From assembly GCA_009103225.1 (NCBI GenBank), contig RHPI01000560.1:355465-419464 (forward strand): 64,000 nucleotides of DNA, read 5' to 3'. Shown in pieces: positions 1 through 10,394 of the stretch (position 1 is the first letter of the stretch; each line of letters begins with the position of its first letter). The notes under the pieces are model-generated. The model saw nothing but the letters and a program-made list of their open reading frames with translations. It ran no database searches and was not told the origin of the DNA. The stretch comes from Chlorokybus atmophyticus (taxonomy: Eukaryota; Plantae; Mesostigma and Chlorokybus algae). A program made the translations under genes and the position numbers.

Positions 1-49
1 GTACAATGCGGGTCATGTTGAACCGGGGAGTTCGATCCAGGATGCTCAC

Positions 50-2738
50 ATGCTTGATGCTGAAGGATTCCTCCAGGAGACACACGCACATCAGCAACAG
101 GAGGAGGAGGAAGTGAACGAGGGCTTTCGATGTGTGCGTGTGCCTGAGAAACCTGTGGCACGCCAACATGGAAGTGGAGGCGTCTCTTCGCACGCGTCGG
201 AATCCAGGTGGTATGGCTCGGAGCATGCTCTTGTAGTGGCATTCGTGCAGTGCAACAACGGCCAAGGCCTGTCGGCCTCCGACGTGGGGCGGATCATCAA
301 GTACATCCGAAATGCACACTTCCTGACGGAAGAGTTCCAGTGGGAGACCGGTGTGCATGTGGCCAGCTACCTCCGGACCATGATTGCTTTCTCTCAGTCT
401 GAGGTGTGCTCACGGTGTGCGGCGCATGTGCTTCAACCATCAGAGCCATGTCACATATGCACATGCGAGTGTGCCGCCGTATCACTACGTGACGGCTGAC
501 CTGCGCAAGCCTGGAGACCATGAGGATCAGGACATCTGCGTCACATATATGCCGGCCAAGGTCTGTGAAATGCAGTACCTAATGCAGTATCGATGCAGTA
601 TCTATTCTGAGGCCAGCATAGTAAGTAATGCTCTTGGTCGGAGCAGGTATGGCTCATGCGGTTGTATGGCAATCCACATGCCGCCAATGGCTTCAATTTC
701 TGGTACACTGGTGACGAGCACAGCTTTGGCCATCCTTCCACGGGCGATTGGTGGAAGGATGTCGAGGTGGATTTGAGGAGAGAGGTGGGGGAAGCGTCCT
801 ACTTGGCGCCTGCCATTCTGTACAGTGACAAGACCATGCTGGACGGCGCGGGCAAGCGCTCTGGCTACCCTCTGATGGCATCGCTTGCCAACTACAATTG
901 GGACATGTATGCTAGCAACATGGGGGTTATTATGATAGCGCTTCTGCCGGTGGTTCACGCAGTGGCCGGGCATCCCACCTGGGCGCAGGGCAAGGTGTTC
1001 TCCATTCGAAAACATGAGATTTTTCATGACGCTTTGAATGTAGTGTTTGGGGATGTGAAGCGGGTGAGTTGGGAAGGTCTGCAGCTCATCGACCCGAATG
1101 GCATCGAGCGCCGTGTGTTTCCCGCGCTTGCCAACTACATCAGCGATTTGCAGGTAATGGGCATGAATGGTTGTAACCGGATGCAGCCTGCCAGCAAACA
1201 GTGCATGGAGGATGTTGTCAGTAGAGCATCTGAAATTGTCGTGTTGTAGGAGACTGCCACACTCGCACGCACTGTGTCGGGCAACCAAACACGACATCCT
1301 TGCGATGTTTGTCTCGTCACTAAATCAGATCTGTTGGAGATGGATGAGGACCGGGCATTGAGAACCGAGGCCTTCTACACACCAGCAATACGTCAGCTGC
1401 GGGCGGACCTGCATAGCGGTGTTAGGAATGCACGCCAGACAGCCAAGGCTTTCAAAGAGCAGCACTCCATGCATGTCGAGGAGGTAATGGTCAAATTATC
1501 GGCATTCGTGAGGATGAATGGCTTTTCGTGAAACCAGGCAATGTGATTTGGCAACAGAATGCACTGTGGGGTTGGCGACAGTCGCGAGTGTCGGGAGCTG
1601 ACTGCTACTCTCGTCTTGCCCTTCACGCAATGCATGTGCTGGGAGGCATCATTGACCACCTGCTTGCTGCTGTGTACGACGCCGCGAAGGAATGAATGCG
1701 TCCATCCATGAGACAGATTCTGCAGGCCAGGCACGTCTTTGATGTTGCTTTTGTGTTGAACACAAAAGCCAGCGACACGTGCTCACAAGCAGATGTGCAC
1801 AGGCTGAATGCATGCAAGGCGACTCTGCGGGTTTCGCACTTCAAGGCACCCACAAGCACAGTAGATTTCTTCCTGTCCGACCACTCCTTTCAGGTGGTGG
1901 AGAAAGTGGCAGTGCTGCAGCTGCTGCCGTTCCTCGCAGACGGTTTGCTGCTCGACAGTGAAGGCAACGATTTCTTCACCATTGCTGCCGCATCGCTTGC
2001 CCAGTGGAACAAGAAGTTACTCAAGGAGCATGAACACACAAGAGAGACCCTGACCACAGCCGACAACGAGCTGGCTGCCTTCAAAGCTGCAGTGTTGCAT
2101 CCGCTACTGTCGTCATATTCTGCACAGAAGTCAGGTTGGAAGATCGAGAAGATGCATCAGCTCACTCATTTTGGGCCGGCAATTGTCAGCAGTGGACACC
2201 CAGATTGGTTCAGCGCCAACCGTATGGAGCAGACGCACGCCTAAAATATCAAACGGTGGGCGCGTGGTGACAACAACCGAGACTACCAAGCACGTATCCT
2301 GAAGGCATAGAGCTGTGCGGAATATGTGAGAGAGGATGGCATGGTCGTAGATCCCGAGATGCGCTCGGTCATGGCGCAGGCGCGGCAGCAGTGCTGTAAT
2401 GTCATGGAGAAGACGGACAAGTTGCTATGGATGGATGTGCTGACAAGGAGGGAGTCCAGCCCGTACTGGAGCGGATCTGCGCGTAGCCGCCAAGTCGCCT
2501 TGAAGACTCCATTCGCCGACAAGCTGCCTGCCACCCTGGACAGCTGGTTGAGGAGGGAACAACTGGAGTTGGCCGACGGGTGGCGTGCTGTTCGCGTGGT
2601 GAACGGAGGCGCAGCGGTGTACATGACATCAGGAGTCAGCATGGCGCGCGCAACTGGGATGTTCCATGGGCGGCCTTGGTTCTCTACACTTGAGTTGGAA
2701 GGTGATGAGAACGGTGTGAACGTGACGTGGTGGGCGCC
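50..2738 (+). mobile_element. Plavaka-type DNA transposase, intron-containing, pseudogenised and 3'-truncated
   Basis: Spliced reading shows Plavaka-like motifs in order: LYGNP..TGDWW, PAILYSDKT..GYPLMASLAN, FHDALNVVF..DPNGIERRVFPALANYISDLQ|ETATLA..CDVC, LHAMHVLGG, WKIEKMHQLTHFGPAIVSSG..SANRMEQTH, RATGMFHGRPWFS. GT-AG introns at about 1153-1249 and 1484-1557. In-frame stops at about 1693-1695, 2242-2244 and 2308-2310. Confidence 0.8.
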
Positions 2739-2835
2739 TGTTAGTTAGGCATAGTCAATTGTTAAAGACTATATTGTAACAAAAAGGGCCTGATAGTAAC
2801 GGAAGTTACTATTAGGTCCCTATATCAAGATTACA
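2739..2835 (+). mobile_element. Putative short LTR (TGTTAG...ATTACA) interrupting the Plavaka C-terminus
   Basis: TG...CA ends. The Plavaka frame breaks off immediately upstream (WWA|PVS*). Followed by a GGTGGCC PBS-like sequence. Internal 15-bp stem with a GGAA loop at 2786-2819. No second copy seen. Confidence 0.35.
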
Positions 2836-2942
2836 GGTGGCCTGAGCCACGACAGTCTAAATTAGTGTCTTCAAGTGCGCGGCCGTTGCCAAATAGTTAG
2901 TCGACCGGCAGGGAAAACTTATTGCGACGGATTCAACCAAAC

Positions 2943-3869
2943 ATGAGCACAGCTTATCATCCGCAAACGGATGGTTAGACTGAACGCGCCAATCAAGTGA
3001 TTGAGGAAACCGTCTAGCATTATTGCAAGTCTAAACCAGAGTAATTGGGATGTCTATCTCCAAATGGTTGAGTTTGCAATCAATAATGCATGGCAAGAGA
3101 ATGTGCAGGTGCTCCGTTTCTTATTAATTACGGAGTGCATCCATTATATACTGCAAATATCAAGTTGCTCACTATTGACATAACTCGCGTACCTCGGCGC
3201 GCGAGATGCATTCGGCCATGCAAGATAGGTTAGCATTGCAAAAGACCGTTTGCGCGCAGCGTAAGACAGATAAAAAGCTCAAGCTGATGTGCATTGTAAA
3301 GAGGCCAACTACGATGTGGGTTGTTCAGTGCTTCTGAGAACCAAAAACATATCCGTCAAGGGCGTGGGTATTCGCAAGTTTCTCCTCGTTGGATAGGCCC
3401 TTTGATGTGACTAATTGGGTCGGCACCCGCGCGTATCGTTTGGACTTACCGAAGTCGATACGCATTCACAACGTGTTTCATGTAAGTGTACTGAAACCGT
3501 ACTGTTTTGATGATGAAGTTCAACCTCCTCCACCCCCCGTTGCCGTGGATGGCGACAATACTTTTGAGTATGAGATGGAAGCAATCCTGAGTCACCGTAA
3601 GCCTCGACGCGGACTCGCGCTGTCTTACTTGGTGAAATGGAAAGGGTAGGGTGTAGCACAACACGTGGGAGCCCAAAAGGATTCTTACCAATTGCTAAGA
3701 GATTCTTCGGGGGTACTGGAGTGCTGTGTCCACACGCAGACGGTCAAAGGGTGCTGGCAAACATCTTTACCGCTTTGGCCCTGGTTCTCTCAATGCTTTA
3801 CTTTTCATTGCTCATGGTGGGGCTTTGCTAACCCTTCAATAAGGACATTGAAACCTAAGTGGAGGGGAA
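2943..3869 (+). pseudogene. Ty3/Gypsy (chromovirus) integrase C-terminus plus chromodomain, degenerate
   Basis: MSTAYHPQTDG*TERANQVIE, NWDVYLQMVEFAINNAWQE, AKDRLRAA*DR*KAQAD, VLLRTKNI, AYRLDLPKSIRIHNVFHVSVLKPY, chromodomain YEMEAILSHR..YLVKWKG. Frameshifts and stops present. PPT AAGTGGAGGGGAA at 3857-3869. Confidence 0.9.
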
Positions 3870-4220
3870 TATAACGGAGTGCTACCTCTATCGAGGTTTC
3901 CACCCTTATTTAGGATTAACCAAGGGTCCCAACGGGTATATACGGCTGTATACGGCTGTATTACGGCTGTTAACTTAATGTTAAGGCTTTATTGTAGTGT
4001 TACTTAATTGCAACGCTGCTATCGACACGAGACTCATGTCAACATGATTCTCGTGTCGATATCAGCAGTATGGCGGCACTGCTAACGCAGCGGCCGCCAT
4101 AGCCAGGGCATCTTCAAGAGATTCTGCTCCGACAGTTGCCCCTGGCGGCGACAGCGTTGATGGCCTGGAGGCGGAGATGGGGTAGGGGATTAGAGGGGGC
4201 GGTAGCACCCCTCCTTTACA
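3870..4220 (+). mobile_element. LTR (~351 bp) of the chromovirus remnant
   Basis: Starts right after the PPT (TATAACGGAGTGCTACC, probably from TGTAAC..). Ends GGTAGCACCCCTCCTTTACA, an imperfect inverted repeat of the start. Followed by a PBS-like TGGTAACGGAGC at 4222-4233. Internal long hairpin at 4015-4066. Confidence 0.65.
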
Positions 4221-4221
4221 A

Positions 4222-4523
4222 TGGTAACGGAGCTTGACGTCTTAGGTTCGATATCCGTAGGGAACAGAGGCAGATACAAGGGCAAAAAACATTCGGGGCG
4301 GCTTGCCCTAGGCTGGGCGCAGGTTCGCAACCTGCGCCCCGAGCTAGTTCGACATATGGCCGCGCGAGCGGTCGCGCCGCGATGGCAGGTCGCGCGGTGA
4401 GGATGGCCGGATCCGAAAGGCCGCGGACGGACCGATCGTGGTACGGCCGTGACCACGGCGACGTGGGCTAGTAAGTGCTTCATTTAATAATAAAAAACCC
4501 GTGGATTAGTTTTTGGGGAGAAA
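4222..4523 (+). mobile_element. Non-coding, hairpin-rich retroelement internal region (PBS-like start, PPT-like end)
   Basis: TGGTAACGGAGCTTGA..GGTTCGATATCC at the start. Perfect hairpin GGGCGCAGGTT-CGC-AACCTGCGCCC near 4315-4339. Purine tract GGGGAGAAA followed by TGTCACG at 4524. Confidence 0.5.
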
Positions 4524-4611
4524 TGTCACGACTTGGAATAAATTGTGACAGACGTCACTCATGGTAGCGTTTTTTGCTACCATAGCCTAGTGGTTAGAGC
4601 CCACTTGTTAC

Positions 4612-4911
4612 ATGCTGGACCTCCTCGGCCAAAACGGCAAGAGGTTGCAGGACAACAAGGTGAACTGCGCGCCATGCCACCTCCCTTATATAGCTGGCTT
4701 TGGGCGCATCCAGCACCCACGCCCCTCGTGTAGCACATGCTGTGAGCACTGTGGTAGCGCCGGTGACGACTCCAACATAATGCTGTGCGATGGCTGCAAC
4801 AAGGTTCTGCACTGTTACTGTCTGCAGCCCCCGTCGGACGATGTGCCTATGGAGACGTATTTGGGCGATAAGTGCCGTGCCAACGGCCCTCTTCACTTAT
4901 GTTGCAGCTGA
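4612..4911 (+). pseudogene. PHD-finger fragment of a retroelement tail
   Basis: CEHCGSAGDDSNIMLCDGCNKVLHCYCLQPP..VP..YLGDKC is a C4HC3 PHD finger with its last ligands decayed. Followed by a purine tract AGAGGGGGTGG (4942-4952) and TGTTGA at 4955, resembling PPT plus LTR start. Confidence 0.7.
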
Positions 4912-5143
4912 GCCTTGGAGCTAAAACCTCCCCAAAGGCTTAGAGGGGGTGGCTTGTTGACTGTGCACTTTATTACACAGTACGTACACTATAAAAAGCA
5001 TCTCCACATGATTGTATTACTCAGCATCAGGTACGCTTCAGTGAGCACTTGTGCTGTGAGAGCCGGGCTATATCTTTTGTCTTTGCTGACATGCTACAAC
5101 CTGCTGCGGTAGCATGCCTTGCAAGCATGTCTTCCCCTGCAGC

Positions 5144-5533
5144 TGTCACAGCCCACTCGACCACAAAAGACTTGGTGCTTTTATGGTCGATTTGTGGTAT
5201 TTTGATGTGCCTTCCCGTTACATTTCCCCCCACTTAAGAACGCTGACGTCCTCAGCAGCTGCCCGCTCAGCTGGGGAATTACCCAAGGGGTTTGTTAGGG
5301 TCGGTCACCGGCCCCACAGCCAAGGACCGGCCAATTTAAGCCCATACCGGTCAGCGCGCGCATAGCGCGCCGATATTATTGCATCGAGAAACAACGACCG
5401 CGGAATTCGTGTGCAAGGCAGGAATCGAACCCGGGTCTCAAGCTCCGATACCAATGTCACAGCCCACTCGACCACAAAAGACTTGGTGCTTTTATGGTCG
5501 ATTTGTGATATTTTAATGTGCCTTCCCGTTACG
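5144..5533 (-). mobile_element. Complete TRIM (terminal-repeat retrotransposon in miniature), 390 bp
   Basis: Two 79-bp direct repeats (5144-5222 and 5455-5533) differing at 3 positions. 5-bp TSD GCAGC (5139-5143 and 5534-5538). On the minus strand: PBS TGGTATCGGAGC (tRNA-iMet type) at 5453-5442 and PPT AAGTGGGGGGAAA immediately before the 3' LTR. No coding capacity. Confidence 0.93.
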
Positions 5534-6721
5534 GCAGCTGTCCGAGATAGCGTGACCCTCGCCTCTCCTCGGCCTGACCGAGGGCAACGCTGGCCGTCGA
5601 TGGGTCCTGTCACTACAAACAGCCGATAAGCTGAAAAGATAATGACAACGTAAGAGTGAACTGGTTTGGAGGATTAAGATGTTGGCTAGTGCGCATAAGG
5701 GGTGCGAGGGGGCGCGTGCCAAGGGCTGTCACCACCACACTTGTGCAGTTATCATGCCCAACACTGTATGTGCTAAAAGGCGCGTTGTGCATGAGCACAC
5801 CTTACAAGCACTACACATGCTCATGAAGCGGAGCTCTCACACAGCTCGACTACCGTAAATAACTTCTCAAAGTCCTAAGAGCGACACTCTTTGTCTATAG
5901 GCGTGACATCGTTTTGCGTATAGCACAACACTTCATTTAACAAAGTTATTACCCGAATTTGCAATTTTCGTCAAACCCGCATTACCAACATGCTCATCAC
6001 TTGATGTGGGTTTGAAGCCAGTAAACTGCATCGAGCTATTCCACAATCAGTTTGGGCATGACATGTTGCCCTTTGTGTTAATGCGAAGAGCCGACCTGAT
6101 TACTATCACATGAAGCAGTACATTTCTGAATGATTTCAGCGTTCCCTGCGCCCTACTACTGAAGGCCCGCGATGGCACTGGTCACGTGATGCGGAAGAAT
6201 AAATCGTTACGGGGTACAGTTACTTCATTCAAGCAGCAGAGCGGTTACAGTCAGCAGTGGCCAGTGGCGCGCTCTTTAAAGTGTGGACTCTAAACATAGC
6301 ACAGTCGGTCACACATGCATGATGATCAGTTGTCTGCCGTGTAAAGAGGATAACGTGATTGGTTTTGCTTTCATAACGCGCCGGCCTTCGCCAAGCTGCG
6401 AGGTTGGAGCACCCTACGAAAGCCAGTCCAACGGTACTGACAGGCTCCCAGCAACGTTCACCTGCCAACAAGTAACTTCCGTGTTGAAGGGCGCGAACTG
6501 AAAACTTTACATCGGGATCGAAACAGTTATTTCCGGTCTGTCTGACTGAGCGGGATCGCAGTCGGTTGAAGTGGTTAACCATTGTAGCTAAATATAAGAG
6601 CCGGAGCAGTGGTGTAAACGATCAGTGTTGTGTGATTGTGCTGTGTGTAAGCTTGTGTGCAAGCTCCCTCCCTTGCTCCCTGCTCTCTGCGCTTGTTGTT
6701 GTCGTAGACAAGGCAGCAGAC

Positions 6722-7458
6722 ATGGCTCGCCGCACCGCCGCCGTCCTGGCCATCGCCCTCGTGCTGGCGTTCGCCGTCTCGGCCTTCGCCGACGACACCG
6801 CCTGCTGCGTCCTCTTCGGCGACAGCACCCCGACCCCAGCCGGCAGCGCCCCTGCTCCCAGCACTGTACGTTCGTACAGCATATCACATGGTGCTGCTGC
6901 TTGCGTGTGTGCTCTATGTTGTGTGTGCTGCCCTTATCGTACGTCATGCATCAAGCAAGTGCATGTGAGTCCAGCTCAAGAGATGGTGTGCGCAGCACGT
7001 GCACTACATCTTGGTAGCTATGCTTTCTTGGTACATCTCCCTTCAACTCGTTGCTGAGGCTCAGAACATCGTGCTTGGAATGCTTTTAACCAGTGCAGTC
7101 CCATTGCTACTACGTCCTCTGTCTGTGTTAATGTTGATGCTGACTGTTGTTGGCCCTGCAGGATGCTTGCACCACCCCCGGCCAGTGCAACGACGCTTGC
7201 AAGGCGGCCATCAACTCGTACTTCGGCTCGGTTGACTGCGCCAACTGCTGGGACAAGACCATCACCTGCTCCAACATCTCCATCCCCGTTGGCTCCCGCC
7301 AGGCCTGGTCCGTTCTCACAGGCGGCCTGACCGGCTGCACCATCCCCGGCCAGAAGACCAGCTGCAGCGGCGGCAGCGGCAACGGCGCCTTCGGCGTGGT
7401 CCCCTCCATCCTCCTGGCCATCCCCGCCGCCCTCCTCGCCCTCTTCAACCTCTTCTGA
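6722..7458 (+). CDS. Small secreted Cys-rich protein, predicted GPI-anchored (146 aa; paralog A)
   Basis: Exons 6722-6865 and 7162-7458 with GT..AG, phase 0. Signal peptide MARRTAAVLAIALVLAFAVSAFA, 10 Cys, C-terminal SGNGA plus hydrophobic tail ILLAIPAALLALFNLF. Strong C-ending codon bias. Confidence 0.85.
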
Positions 7459-7902
7459 GCTGGAGCAGCAGGAGCTGTGATGATCTCACTGTGCTTGTCT
7501 TTCTGCCCATGACACACAAGTGATGACAGATATTGATTCGTTGAAAGCAATGAGAACAACAAGGTGCAGCAGCTACCAGGGGTCTCTGCTGCTGCCCTCA
7601 ATCCACACCTGCTGCGTCGCATCAGCAGGCATTGTTTGTAGCGGAGAGCAGCAGCCAGTCTTATCTGGAGACTTCAGCATGTTGTAGCTCAGGGTACTTC
7701 GCGACAGACACACATGTGCTGTTAGCTTGTACTGTAGTGCTATTGCTGAGAAGCTGCCACGCTGTATTTCATTAACTGAAAGGTACCCCTCTGTCTCTAT
7801 CAGGCTCTGTGACATGGTGTGCTTCTGTAGTGGCTACCACAGAATCAGCGCTATGCCTTGCATTAGGGGCATTGCTGTCCATGTGTGCAACATCACCTAC
7901 AC

Positions 7903-8300
<398 letters not shown>

Positions 8301-10394
8301 CGTATGCCTCCCGTGCATGCCTCGCGCGGCGGCAGGAAGCGTGTCACAGCGGCAGGAAGCGTGTCACAGTGTCCTGTGGTCAGCCTGTTACTCCCGCCGC
8401 TGCTGAAGCGGCGGGTGCTCACGCACACGACGAATGCTGTGCAAGTATAGGCTAGCCTGCTGCGTAGTGCGGTCCTGCTGCCATCCGCCGCATGAATGCA
8501 CTGCAATAGGCCCTTGAGATCAGCCTGGTGCTTTTGGCAAACTATCATTGGTAATGTTGGAGGGGAAGCTGGCTGTGGGTGATGTGCGGGTGCAACGTGC
8601 ATGCTGTTCGTACGAGTTGTGAGCACATGCCGTTTCATACATCTGCTGTGGCATACGGTATGCCCCTAGCCACGGCCAAAGTACTAGGGGGAGTCCTTGT
8701 TGTTCTACATTTATCCAATAGACATGAGAGTCACTCCAATGCATACCGTTTGCTATGTAACCGGATGTCCATGTATTTTATTGTTGACCTCACACGCTAT
8801 CACATACCATCACCAAGAAGTGTGCAAACATCTTTGCAACCACGCGTACATGGGCATGCACATGCATTACCATCATGCCTCATTACTTATATAAGATATA
8901 AAGATATCTTAACGTGTGTGCTTAGTAGTGCTTGCTGACCGCGCAATTACGATTCCGAGCTGCACGCCGCATGCATAATGATAATTATTTTAACAAGTGA
9001 GCTGCTATGCTATTGTACAACATTTGCCCTTTTAGCACTGAGAATGCACATTATCCATGCAATAAATACTTCGTTGATATCCACAACAATCCAAATAGGA
9101 TTGAAAACACTTATTGGACGATGATTGGTAGAAGTTCAATATCTTTGTATTATTGACTAATTCTTTTAAAACAATATTGCAAGCGTTTGCATCGCACGTT
9201 GTATGGATTTGTCTTAATTGCTTGGCCAATGCGGTATGAAGGCTGATTACTATTATGGTATACATTTGTTAAAGATGTATAATGTAAAATGCATGTCGAA
9301 CAACAGTTAAACATGTTGATTTATTTTTATCTATCAATTTAAGCAACACGCATTAAATGAAGTTGTGATGCCCATCAATCATAGGTAGTTAGTTACATCG
9401 TCTTGCATATGCCCGTCCTAAAATGATAATACAAAGACTCTGTATACGTGGCATTGTGAGTTGTATTGCATCATGTTGTGTTACAAGCTATGATTGTCTC
9501 ATATAGGATATGCAACAATAAAATAGAAACATAGTTGAATCTATATTATATATATATATATCATGCTTATGTCATTGAGCGTGTAAAACAGACTTGCACA
9601 ATTATTGCCATACATGTGCATTGCGATACGCATCATTAGAGCCACAACTCTTTACCACTATGATAGGGGCCTTTATCCCCTTACATTAATGGTTGGATCT
9701 GATTGATATCCCAAAGTTAATAAGTTAATTGGTTAATTGGTGAGTTTTTGCCATTGCTGCCTGCTACCAACTGCCTGCCCCATTGCCATTGTACAACACA
9801 TAGAAACAAACAAAATAGTTAGTTGGTGGCCCCGGGTGTAATAACTTCTGCTTGCTGTGTCTGCTATGCTTGCCTTACCATGCAACTCTGCCTGTGCGAG
9901 CATGTTTGTGTGTGCTTGATATACCAAGATACATACCCTATGCATGGTTGTTGTGTATGTGCTGTGTCTACTAGTGTTCTGGCACCTTTACTCTACCCTA
10001 TGCACTGCCGGCACCCTTACCCCAACTCCACTCCCTGTCTCATGTCATGAAGCTGACAAGCTCTGGCACTTACACGCCAATACGTACTACGTGCGCAAAA
10101 GCCTCGGGTGACCTAGAGAGCACAAGTCACACAAGCCGCTGCTTCACATTGGCTGATGTCAACCGTTGCCGCAGTTACCTGCGGAGTTATTGCCTCCTAA
10201 ATTTCTTCTGTCCAACGCTGCCGAAACTTCCGCTGCAGTGCACTCCCCTCACGTCACGTGATTGATTCACTGCCGCGTCAGCTGTGCATGAATTGGATCA
10301 GCACTACTAATCTAGTTGATTCACCTCAGTGAACTAAGTCGGTTGTGCCAGGAGACGGAAATAGCACCTCCGCCGCCGTCTTGTGGGCGTCGTC

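Noticed and set aside
5405-5440. Stand-alone tRNA gene
   Set aside because: Only a T-arm/3'-half-like segment is present, with no D-arm or anticodon arm; treated as part of the TRIM.
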